Shown here: one piece after another, positions 39,388 through 51,067 of the stretch
Layout of the letters: each line of letters begins with the position of its first letter
Position numbering within the stretch: position 1 is the first letter of the stretch
Assembly: GCA_964016885.1 (NCBI GenBank)
Contig: OZ024751.1
Span: 53,568,001-53,632,000 of the forward strand
Source of the DNA: Eledone cirrhosa
Lineage: Eukaryota
Direction: 5' to 3'
DNA length: 64,000 nucleotides
Program-made: the position numbers and the translations under genes
The notes under the pieces: model-generated
What the model was told of the DNA's origin: nothing
Databases searched by the model: none
What the model saw: only the letters and a program-made list of their open reading frames with translations

Positions 39388-40030
39388 GAAGGAGGAGGAG
39401 GAGGAGGAGGAGAAGGGAAATGATGAAGGTGAAGGTGATGATGATGGTGATCATGGTGATCATGATGAGGATGATGGTGGTGGTGATGGTGATGACGATG
39501 GTGGTGGTGATGATGATGATGGTGATGATAATGATGTGGATGATGCCGATGATAAGGATGATGATGGTGGTGGGGATGATAATGATGATGGTGATGGTGA
39601 TGTCCATCAACCCAGTAGAACCGATCCTAGAACTTCTTGACAGTGAAGAGAATGTCTTAACTATTTAGACTAACTGCATTAGTAAATTAAATTATTGTCT
39701 GTACGTATTTACCTAAAAGGAAAACATAAAAGTGTCTCTCCGGCATAGTTTGTCACAGAACATATTCCAGTGAACATGATAGAATGAATATATATGTGTG
39801 TATATATATATATGTGTGTGTGTGTGGATGGGTCTGCACATATGCATACACGCACAGAAACACATATACACATTATACAAACATATGATTAGTTTGATAG
39901 TGGTCTTATCGATATTAAAATATATATTGATATCTGACTGTTATTGATATAACAAACATTCTAGTAGATTGACAGGTTATGCAAATCTGGAAAATAAATC
40001 TCAGAATATTGATATAAGTGTTTATATATA

Positions 40031-40334
40031 TCATCATCATCATTTTACGTCTGCTTTTCCCTGCTTGAACTGATTCTGGCTTGATTTCTACAGCTGGATG
40101 CTCTTCCTAACACCAACCTCATTTACAGTGAGTGCTGGGTGCTTTTTTTGCCGTGGCACCTACACAACTACTTTGCAGTGGAATGATAGGAACCCCAGTC
40201 CCTATCATCTCATTTCTACAGCTGAGTAAACTGGAGCAATGTGAAATAAAGTGTCTTGCACAAGGAAATAACACATCACCCGGTCTGAGAATTGAACTCA
40301 CAACCTTTCGATTGCAAGGCCAATGCTCTAACCA
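40031..40334 (-). mobile_element. SINE family R
   Basis: Reverse complement of 18412-18762. Confidence 0.85.
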
Positions 40335-40406
40335 TATATATGTATATATAATAATAATAATAATAATAATGAAATTATTGTGTAAAGTGCTCAGGTGCAC
40401 TACAAC

Positions 40407-40438
<32 letters not shown>

Positions 40439-40504
40439 ATGTGTATTAATTTTCTAAATGATATAAGTATATATACATATGTGTGTGTGTATATATATAT
40501 ATAT

Positions 40505-40577
<73 letters not shown>

Positions 40578-41051
40578 AGAGAGTAATGAAATGTGTTCAT
40601 GTTTGTATATGCATATATGTAATTATAAATATTTACATACATATATATATATTTTAATTTTCTGGATTCCATACATATGTGTGTGTACATATATATAAAT
40701 GAATATATATCAACTGCTTTACAGAGTGTACTGGGTGCTTTTATCATGTAATTCATCAGTACTAGGGAGGTTATCATGACTTTGACTCTACTCAAGAGTC
40801 TTACGGATTTGTGTGAAATTTGATTAGACTTTTTGTCCTCCATACCCTTAATGGAAAATTCCCCAACCATGCCCGAGATGACGGTTTGACAGTATCCCAT
40901 AACTGCAATCCCCAAGTAAGAACTACTACTGACTTTTAGTAACTTATGGCTTAAAATAACCATAAAATAACTGTAGTTACTATCTAACCAATGTTAGATA
41001 TAAACTTGGATTTAGCTACAGGTACCTATAAACCTAATGAAAAACTAAGAT

Positions 41052-41207
41052 ACATTAATAAAGGATCCTGACACCTTCCAGTAATCATTGAAATCTAGGT
41101 AGCATGTATTTGTGTTGAGATCATATTCATATAATATATTTTAACTTTGTACATCACACAGAGAGCACTTTTTTTTTCCATGATCTATTATTCTTCAGAA
41201 CTCTTAA

Positions 41208-41282
<75 letters not shown>

Positions 41283-41417
41283 TAATCATTTAATACAAAT
41301 ATATGCATATGTATATATATATACACACACACACATACAGACATTCAGACTGAGTTAAGGATACACATAAGGTGAAACATTTGTTCTCGGTATGGTGAAC
41401 TAACTGTTGTGGAATTA

Positions 41418-41463
<46 letters not shown>

Positions 41464-41549
41464 TAATTCCACAACAGTTAGATATATATATATATATACA
41501 TATGCATATATTTGTATTAAACTATTACTTGTTTCGATGTAAATGATTA

Positions 41550-41614
<65 letters not shown>

Positions 41615-41748
41615 TTAAGAGTTTCTGAAGAATAGATCATGGAAAAAAAAAACGCTCTCGGTGTGATGTACAAAGTTAAAATATATTATATGAATAAGAT
41701 CTCAACACAAATACATGCTACCTAGATTTCAGGATCCTTTATTAATGT
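41052..41748. repeat. ~700-bp imperfect palindrome centred on (TA)n
   Basis: 41052-41212 pairs with 41609-41748, and taactgttgtggaattact pairs with agtaattccacaacagtta around the TA run at 41419-41462. Confidence 0.85.
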
Positions 41749-41758
41749 TCACATACAT

Positions 41759-41796
<38 letters not shown>

Positions 41797-43092
41797 TGTT
41801 TTTATGTCCGCTTTTCCAGACATGATGATGATATATGTGTATATATATATATATGTATTAAACCAGTACTTATACTTCAACATAAATAATTACTTACTCC
41901 ACACCACCTTTATCACACCAGCCATTCTAAAATAGAAACTGTATCACAAACAAACAAATTCCTTGACTTTTCTCCTCTCATGTCTGACCTGTTACAACAT
42001 TCTTTAAGTGGTGCCATGCTTGGTCATTATTTGTTCTAGAAACAATTTAATATATTTTTGTTGTCACCTGTTCTATGATATTTCGTTTATTTGTTTTGGT
42101 GTTCAGTTTTACATTACTTATTGCAGCCAAAATGATAGAACGGTGTCGAATGTCAACGATTGACCACTCAAATAGTGAATGACGCTTATTGGTCAATATA
42201 TTTGTGTATGTGTGTGTGCATTTTCATTTATGTTTGTACAGATGCTTGAATGAGTATGTGTGTGTGTGTATATATATATATGTGTGTCTGTGTATGTATG
42301 TAGATATATCTATATATATATACATATATAGTGCGGGTGTGGGAGATGGAGAAGAGAAAGAGACACACATATATAAACATTTTGCCTGTATGTACGAGTA
42401 AACACCAGTAATAGATACACAGATAATGGGAGATTTAGATAGATAGGTAGATAGCTTGATAGATATATAGCAGGCAGGTAGGTAGATAGGAACGTAGGTA
42501 GGCAGGTAGATAGGTAGGTAGGAAGGTAGGTAGGCAGTTAAGTAAGTAGGTAAGTAATTATTTATAGAGGTAGATAGATAGGTAGATAGACAAATAGATA
42601 GAGAGAGAGATAGATAAATAGATTAATAAATTGTTAGGCAATTCATTAGATAGATAGATAGATAGACAGATAGGTAGATAGATTGGTAGGTAATTCATTA
42701 GACAGGTAGATAGATAGATAGATAGAAATACATCCAGACATATAGATGAGAACACACGTCTGTAAGTTGTTTGTGGAACATTGCTAGCAAGGAGCGAGTG
42801 TAATCCAATCAGGTGTGACCTTTCATATGATGGGTAACAAAACTATGAGGAAATGTTATGTTTGTAGAATCCTATTTAATGGTTACAAAAATCAAATGAT
42901 ATATTACAATATGAGTGCAGGTATAGCTGTGTGGGTAAGATACTCACTCCATTACCAAGAGGTTCTGCATTCGATCCCAAGCAATGGGAGTATTTCATCA
43001 ATTGTGGAGAAAAACGAGATATATCTTAAGTTTTTTCTCCACAATTGATGAAAAACTTTAACCTTGTTGAAACAACCGAAGATGTATAAATA

Positions 43093-43137
<45 letters not shown>

Positions 43138-43265
43138 AATCCTTGGTCTTATTGAATTTTTAATTATAAATGCTCTGCTACTATAACTGTTCACTCCTGA
43201 AGAACAAAGGGTTAAAATGTGCATTGAGCTTAACTCATCTGACCAATGAAAATAGCCTCATATAC

Positions 43266-43315
<50 letters not shown>

Positions 43316-43674
43316 TCATCATCGTTTAACGTCTATCTTCAACTCTAGCATGGGTTAGACAGGAATTGCCCCATTTGAGGCAAGATTGGTCGGGTGACCG
43401 TGTCTTGCTCATATAGGACTATCTGGCAGGTTTTCTATGGCTGGATGCCCTTCCTAACATCAACGACATTTACAGTGTGGACTGGGAGCTTTTTACTGTA
43501 TTCCCTATACGACCACATTACAGTGTGGACTGTATATATATATATATATATATATATGATGATATATATAAAATAATAAAGATTTAAAAAAAGCACCTGA
43601 TGTGTTTTTATTTAATATACTTATATGCTATGTGCACAACAAAAACAGGTATCAAAAATTATATGTGGAAAAGA

Positions 43675-43860
43675 CTTCAGCTTTGGCTTAAATGTTTCTA
43701 TACAAAACGTTTCATTGCCACTCACTTTTCCTCTAACATTGACTGGCAACATTGGTAGAATGGGAAGACATTAAAATTTGGTAAAGTTTGCCCATTGCGT
43801 TCCTCTATATATTGGCTAAGAGGGATCTTTCTTGTGTATGGATCCATAATTTGCATGTAT
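43675..43860 (-). pseudogene. PLE GIY-YIG endonuclease C-terminal fragment (degenerate)
   Basis: QIMDPYTRKIPLSQYI...FNVFPFY, then after a frameshift NETFCIETFKPKLK, resembling the E..FI..F.P.LN end of PLE GIY-YIG domains. Confidence 0.55.
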
Positions 43861-43939
43861 ATATAATAAATAAAAACACTGTAGGTGCTTTTTTCAAATA
43901 TTTTTTTTTTCCTACATAACACGATTGTACAGGAATCGG

Positions 43940-44125
43940 TAGATTGGCAGTATCGGTAGAGGGTCGGACGCCATGCTTTGCAGCACAGTTACGGCTCTTT
44001 ATGGACTGAGTTCAAATACCGCCGAGGTTAACTTTGCCTTTCATCCTTACGGGGTCGATAAAATAAAGTACCAGTAATACACTTAGATAATTGCTGGCCT
44101 TGTGCCAAAAGTAGAAACAATTATC
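43940..44125 (+). mobile_element. SINE family M, full length
   Basis: A and B boxes, central domain and tail. Confidence 0.8.
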
Positions 44126-44347
44126 ATTATATATATATAATATATATAGTATTAAGGATACTATTTATGGTTATGTATATACTAAAACCTTTAATAGTTA
44201 TATATATTTTAAACCCTAAATAGTGAAAGACAGTAATTTATTACTATCTTATTACCAGTAAGATAAGTAGCTCAATGTAACAACATCAGTTGTTTTACAG
44301 AGCAGTTATATAGAAATTACATGAATCAAAGTTCTGTTTAAATCATT

Positions 44348-44482
44348 TGTAACCTCTGTCTACTAGAGACCCATACTATCATCTTCTCAAACCATAACCT
44401 CCTTAATAAAAAATCAGAAGTGTTCGCGTCTTGCCAACACCGCTTCCGACACTCCTTCCAAAACTTTAAACCCAATATATAA
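44348..44482 (+). pseudogene. PLE ORF C-terminus (CxxC...E...LN...E...CxH)
   Basis: Translates CNLCLLETHTIIFSNHNLLNKKSEVFASCQHRFRHSFQNFKPNI-stop. Missed by the ORF track because it has no start codon. Confidence 0.75.
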
Positions 44483-45970
44483 CAATGCCAGACTTGAACC
44501 CGTCACCACCTCTAGCAACAAACATCAGGGGCACACCTTACACCTCACCTCCACACCCATTAATCCACTTTAACGCAAATAGTGACATCCTCCTAGTACC
44601 TTTTATCCTAGAGATATCCCATGTACTTCTACTTTTGGTATATTGGCCTTCAATTACTTAGACTACATTACACCAATATATAATTAATGCAAACTTTAAG
44701 CACGGAATTGGTTGTGCTAACATTGTCCTGTGTATGGAGGGCCCTCATTGGATAAATGGAAGATTAAGTAATTAATTTATTAACATAAAAGAGCTATATA
44801 ATCTATATGCTGAGTGCAATGAATTGTGTACAGGTGATGTATGATGTTATAAATACATGTATGCCTTGATGGTCAGATTAGTGTCTTTGTGAGTGAGAAT
44901 TGATCTCTGGACTACCCTAGTGATATTTAACTTTGCCATGCAATCAGACATGCAATGACCCAGAGCTTACCAGGAGTCATATATAGAAGTGATTCTAATA
45001 GGACCCTGCCAGGTTCTGCGGGTGGACTACACTTACAAAGATCATTGATTTGGAGATCTGACTCTTCATGTAGAATGTTCGGTTGTGGCACTCTATGATA
45101 GAAGGTAATCATCCTAATATGAACACCTTTAGTACTTCTTGATAGACTACACTGTAATTTATAGATAAGATACTTAAATTTAGTAATTGTTTATAACCTT
45201 ATATGATAGGGACTCATTTGAGACACCATTAATGTACTTTAGGATAATAAATTTAGCTATAGAAATCAGCTAGTTACTTCCCCTTACGCATTAACTCCCC
45301 TTAATCACACACACACTTCCGGAATATAATACAATGTCAACTCTCACAACAAAAACAACCTGCTCTACAGAATCGAATTAGAGAACGACAAGCTGTGATG
45401 TTCTAGCATGGTTCACCAGGCACCCAATGTTGAATCATCGTGGGTTGTGTGATGGACATGTAGTCTATAAATTGCGTTTCCTGGATTGTGAGAGTGGTGG
45501 TGTGTGCGAGGACAGTGGTGCTGTTTTGCTTCTCATTTGTAATATTTTTGATATTTTTGGTGTTTCTTCTATATCGTACAGGTGTGTGTGAAAAATGCTT
45601 TACCAGTACAGCCCCCATGATGCTCTTGATTGCCTGCTTTGACTGCTTGTTTTACATGTAACAATCTGCCGCACTATAATCTTGTATAAATAGGACACGC
45701 GTGCATGCCTCACGTGTGACTGTTGCATACACTGGCTACTCCAAACTTTCCTCTTGCTTTATCTTCGTAAACTGCCAATGTTTTATTTTAATTTTAATTT
45801 TAATTTTAACTTTAATTTTGTCCTTTAATATGACTGTAATCTTTGTATGTAAATTACCATGCTATATTATTATAATGGATGTCAACCCACTGTGGGTCAA
45901 TATATACATATGTTTCTATATGTCTCTTGTGTTGAAAAGGAGGTCAAGTATGTTAAAAATCACTGAATAA

Positions 45971-46019
45971 TTGCTCCGAAGAATCCAAACCTCGGTTTGG
46001 AGGAAACAATTGTAAGCAA
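45971..46019 (+). ncRNA. hammerhead ribozyme with CCGAAGA core (family C)
   Basis: ttgct CCGAAGA atccaaacc-tc-ggtttggag GAAA caattg TA agcaa. Confidence 0.78.
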
Positions 46020-46052
46020 ATAAATGATTTAAACTGAACTTTGATTCATGTA

Positions 46053-46098
<46 letters not shown>

Positions 46099-46869
46099 TA
46101 AAATAACAGATTTGATATATATTTATCCTTATCGAGCCCTCTTTGGATTTTAATCTTCAAATTCATTATTATTACTATATATATATATGTATGTGTATAT
46201 ATATATATATTTATACTCTTCGTCCTTTTTATCTCTGTACCGCCACATGTATATATGTATGTATGTCTTTATGTATATAATAAACTGCCATTGTCACTGT
46301 GGATGTAACAAGCATGTTTTGGAAACTCACTGTTGTGGTGACATTATTAAGGATCGATAAAATAAAGTACCAATCATGCACTGGGGTCGATTTATTTGAC
46401 TTTCCCCTCCCCAAAAATTGCTGGCCTTGTGCCTATATAAGAAACCATTATTAAGGATGTATTGTGTAATACTATAACAAGCAGATTACCAGCTTTTCAT
46501 AGAAATACTAAGTGCCATAAAGATCTAGTCAATGTTATCCGTAATAACATCAATAAAAGAAGTCATACACACCTACTTCTAAACTTAAATGTATACAATT
46601 GGCAAGAGAGCAATGAAGTCGGGTAGTTCTACATCATTTTTGATGAAGAGTGGCTTTACGTCTAATTTGGAAATAATGAAGATGAGGAAAAGACTCTTGA
46701 AAATCAAGAGAAGAAAATTCAGAAAGGTGGATAATTGAAAAGAGAAAATGACCATTTGTGACACAAGAGAAATTGCCATTGACAGCAGAATCAAGGATTT
46801 TATGGAGACAAGATGAAGGTGCTATAGATTTATGAAAAGCCTCTCTCTAATAATCCTTTCTAACATTAG

Positions 46870-47325
46870 CTCAAGGCCAGCAATTTGGGAGAAGAGGAAG
46901 TCAGTTATATCAACACCAGTATATAACTGGTACTTTATTTATATCAACTCTGAAATGACGAACAATAAAGTTGACCTCAGCGGCATTTGAATTCAAAATG
47001 TAAAATGTAACTAAATACCACAAGGAATTTTGTCTGACGCTCTACTGACCCTGCCAATCCACCACCTTTCTCTAATAATTGTTTCTACTTTAGGCACAAG
47101 GCCAGCAATTACCCAGTGCATTACTGGTACTTTATTTTATCGACCCCCGTAAGGATGAAAGGCAAAGTCAACCTCGGCGGGATCTTTCTCTAATAATGAT
47201 TTCTAATTTAGGCACAAGGCAAACAATTTTAAAGGAAGGGAAAGTCAATTAAATCAATCCCAGTTCATGACTGGTGCTTTATTTTATCGACCCTGTGAGA
47301 ATGAAAGGCAAAGCAAACCTCAATG
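46870..47325 (-). mobile_element. cluster of three SINE family M-related fragments
   Basis: Repeated ctggtactttattttatcgacc...gatgaaaggcaaag. Confidence 0.7.
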
Positions 47326-47347
47326 TAATTCCATGCTGCAAAACCAC

Positions 47348-47410
<63 letters not shown>

Positions 47411-47730
47411 TATCTTCCAAGCAAATAGAGAAACTCTCCAAATATAAATATCTAGAGATAGAAATAACTCGAATGTGGAAAATGAAAACAGAAACAATGC
47501 CTATAATAATAGGTGCTCTAGGAATGATAAAAACACAGATAAATACATAACCAAAACCCCAGGACTTATAAATATATACAACATACAAAAGATAGCACTA
47601 CTAGGCACTACATACATATGACGAAAAGTACTATCAATACAATAGAAACAACATCAACAAAAACAACACTGCACATACCCAAGGTACACAGAGCTGTGCT
47701 CGGTAAAGCAGTAATGATGTGCAATAAAAA
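47411..47730 (+). mobile_element. R4/Dong-like LINE 3' end (restriction-like endonuclease C-terminus) in (TAA)n
   Basis: EKLSKYKYLEIEITRMWKMKTETMPIIIGALGMIK, frameshift, then PGLINIYNIQKIALLGT. (AAT)n on both sides. Confidence 0.8.
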
Positions 47731-47977
47731 TAATAATAGAAATAATAATAATGTTGATAACGTTTCTATTCAGTAGATGTTGTTTCTTAACGGTATGTAG
47801 ATATGTCAGATTGGTGCTAAATATGGCAGCAAAAATAAAACCAATTAAACATTTATCAAAAACTGCCATATTGCCTTAAGGAAGTTTGAAAAATGGCCAA
47901 AACATAAATTAGATTATTTTTACTGTCGTAGTTGGTAGGTGGTTGGGAGGTAGGGCTAATGATGGTCCTTTTGTTGT

Positions 47978-48392
47978 TGATGGAGGAGGTGATGGTGGAA
48001 GTGATGGCGAGAGTGATGGCGAGGGTGATGGCGGAGGTGATGGTGGAGGTGATGGTGGAGGTAATGGTGGAGGTGATGGTGGAAGTGATGGCGGGGGTGA
48101 TGGTGGAGGTGATGGTGGAGGTGATGGTGGAGGTGATGGTGGAGGTGATGGTGGAGGTGATGGTGGAAGTGATGGTGGAGGTGATGGTGGAAGTGATGGT
48201 GGAAGTGATGGCGGGGGTGATGGTGGAGGTGATGGTGGAGGTGATGGTGGAGGTGATGGTGGAGGTGATGGTGGAAGTGATGGTGGAGGTGATGGTGGAA
48301 GTGATGGTGGAAGTGATGGCGGGGGTGATGGTGGAGGTGATGGTGGAGGTGATGGTGGAGGTGACGGTGGAGGTGATGGTAGAGGTGACGGT
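47978..48392. repeat. 12-bp (GGTGATGGTGGA)n minisatellite
   Basis: Directly visible. Confidence 0.95.
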
Positions 48393-48936
48393 GCAGTCGT
48401 TGTTGGTGGTGATGGTAGTGTTGTTGTTATTAATGGTGCTGGTGGTGGAGTTATTTATTTTATTACTGTTGTTTTTTGTTGTTGCTGTTATAGTTGCTGT
48501 ATATTCTTCCACTCGTAGTTGTTGTTTTTGTTGTTGTTATTATTATTTTCATTGCTTTTCTTGTTGTTGTTGCTGTTGCTGACAATACACTTGTTAAATC
48601 ACATCTAAATATAAATCTCTCTCTATATTTGGTAGCAATTAACGAATATCTTTGTGATATTAATGTTGTGTGTGTGTAGGTGTGAGGGTGGGGAAAGACT
48701 TGATAGTAATATATATATATATATATATATATATACATGTGTTTGTATGTATATATATATAAATATATATATACATGTGTATGTATGTATATATACATAT
48801 ATATATATATGTTCAGAGAAACAATTGTCAGCAATGAGATTAAAAACCTTTTTTTTATAGCAAACCGTGTCACTCTTCTTTCCTGATTTATATATATATA
48901 TATATGTGTATATATATATATATATATATGTGTGTA

Positions 48937-48984
<48 letters not shown>

Positions 48985-48988
<4 letters not shown>

Positions 48989-49248
48989 ATGTGTTGTTTC
49001 CTTGAGCAAGACACTTTATTTCACATTGCTCCAGTTTACTCAGCTGTAGAAATGAGATGATAGGGACTGGGGTCCCTATCATTCCACTGCAAAGTGGTCG
49101 TGGAGGTGCCACGGCAAAAAAGCACCCAGCACTCACTGTAAATGAGGTTGGTGTTAGGAAGGGCATCCAGCTGTAGAAATCAAGCCAGAATCAATTCCCG
49201 TCCCACCCTTGCAAGCAGGGAAAAAGCGGACGTAAAATGAAATGATGA
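48985..49248 (+). mobile_element. SINE family R, 5'-truncated
   Basis: Core and tail present. Confidence 0.85.
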
Positions 49249-49274
49249 TATATATATCTATATATATATATATA

Positions 49275-50100
49275 TCATCATCATCACCGTTTTACGTCCG
49301 TTCTTCCACGCTAGCATGGGTTAGACGGGTTGTCATGTTGTGGGCAGTGTCCGGTTGGCTCACTTTGTCTTGCTCATACGGGAACTAATTCTGGCAGGTT
49401 TTCTACAGCTTGATGCTCTTCCTAACACCAACCTCATTTACAGTGAATGTTGGGTGCTTTTTTTCCGTGGCACCTACACGTCCACTTTACAGTGTGGGCT
49501 GGGTGCTTTTTTGCCGTGGCACCTCCACGACCACTTTGCAGTGGGAGGGGGTGGGGGCATATTGTCTATATGCTTCAGCTTCGGCTTATACCCGTGAGGG
49601 TCGGGTCTTCTGTATTACTGCATGACGCCAGAGGTCACGGTCGTGTGTCATCGCCTTTGAGAGGTGTAATTGGATAAGGTCGGCTTTTATCACCTCATCC
49701 CAGGTCTTCTTGGCTCTCCCCGCTCCGCTGTTTCCATCGACTTCTAGTGTTCTGCCCTTTTTTATGCAGCTGTCATCCTTCATATGCATCACATGTCCAT
49801 ACCAACGCAACCTCCTCTCTGCACACAGCATTTGATTCCACTTATGCTCATTCTCTCTCTTAATTCATTTATGCTTTGCCGTTCGCGTATATTATTATTA
49901 CACATCAATCAGAGCATGCAGGCTTCGTTTCTTTCTAATCTACGCAAGTCTTCCACAGACAGTGCCCAGGTCTCACTACCATGTAACATTGTTGTTCGTA
50001 AACACGCATCATACAGCCTGCCTTTCATTTTGAGGGGAAGCCTCTTGCAGCTAGCAGTGGCAGTAGCTCCCTGAACTTCTTCCATCCCGTTCTTACTATT
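49275..50100 (-). mobile_element. RTE subfamily C 3' fragment
   Basis: LKMKGRLYDACLRTTMLHGSETW...ERRLRWYGHV...KTRPSRV, then a 3' UTR and (TGA)n. Confidence 0.85.
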
Positions 50101-50632
50101 AGAGTTAGTGTGGCTAGTACTTTTATAATTTAACATATGTAATGGAAAAGATAACAATAACTTTGATACTCTCAACATATACACATTTGAACACTACAGA
50201 AACAATCATCACATTACATCCACCATAATTTTAATACACTAACACCTTTGCTTGATATGCTTGTATACCTGTGTTATTTTATGTGATACCTTGCCATACA
50301 GTATTTATATATGCCTAATACCTTTGCTTGTTTCCTTCATATATATGACTAATGCATGTGCACTCTCTACACGCTTGCATATGTACTGCTAGTGTCCTCA
50401 TTCTTCCTCAATGCCTCTTTAATTATTAGACTATTCCCTTGTATTATCTGTTGCATGTATTCCACTCTGTGCTTTTAACTTTAATTTGAATTATTGTACA
50501 ATTCTCGTATAATATCTGTCACATCCATTACACCCTGTAAATATGAACCTGTTGTTCACAACATCAATATATATGTATCTATATGATTGTTCAGTTGAAT
50601 AGGAGGTTAATTATATGTACAAACATTGCTAA

Positions 50633-50679
50633 TGCTCCGATGATTCCAAACGAAAGTTTGGAAGAAACGATTGTCAGCA
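50633..50679 (+). ncRNA. hammerhead ribozyme with CCGATGA core (family C relative), at the end of a PLE 3' region spanning ~50100-50720
   Basis: tgct CCGATGA ttccaaac-gaaa-gtttggaa GAAA cgattg TC agca. Confidence 0.78.
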
Positions 50680-51067
50680 ATAAAATGATTTGAACATAAC
50701 TTTGATAATTGTGTAATTTATATATATAATATATATATTATATATATATTATATATATATTATATATATATATCATCATCATTTAACGTCCATCTTCCAC
50801 GCTTGCATGGGTTTGGACGGGAGTTTTCCCACTTGAGGCAAGATTGGTTGTCCTACTCGTATAGGACTGTCTGGGAGGTTTTCTACGGCTGGATGCCCTT
50901 CCTAACACCAACCACGTTTACAGTGTGGGACTGGGAGGTTTTTACCATGTTACCTACACAGCCACATTACAGCGTGGACTGTGTGTTTTTTTGTCGTGTC
51001 ACCTACACATCTGACGGGTTTTCTACGGCTGGATGCCCTATATATATTATATATATATATAATATAT

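Larger units (their letters stand above)
44147..46060 (+). mobile_element. 5'-truncated Penelope-like element (family C) with an inverted pseudo-LTR/tail at its 5' end
   Basis: 44309-44348 is the reverse complement of 46021-46060. ORF end at 44348-44482 and HHR at 45971-46019. The interior 44700-45650 is unassigned. Confidence 0.75.

Noticed and set aside
42993-43085. Hairpin followed by TTGATGA...GAAA
   Set aside because: The core is mutated and the stems do not pair convincingly.
44483-45970. SECIS element in the PLE 3' UTR
   Set aside because: I found no convincing AUGA/GA quartet with an apical AA by eye. A dedicated SECIS search is needed.
46590-46820. Purine-rich coding-like stretch
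   Set aside because: It has multiple stops and no recognisable motif.
47856-48582. Mucin-like (TITS)n or Gly-rich ORFs
   Set aside because: A 12-bp minisatellite that is open in several frames. There is no evidence of coding.
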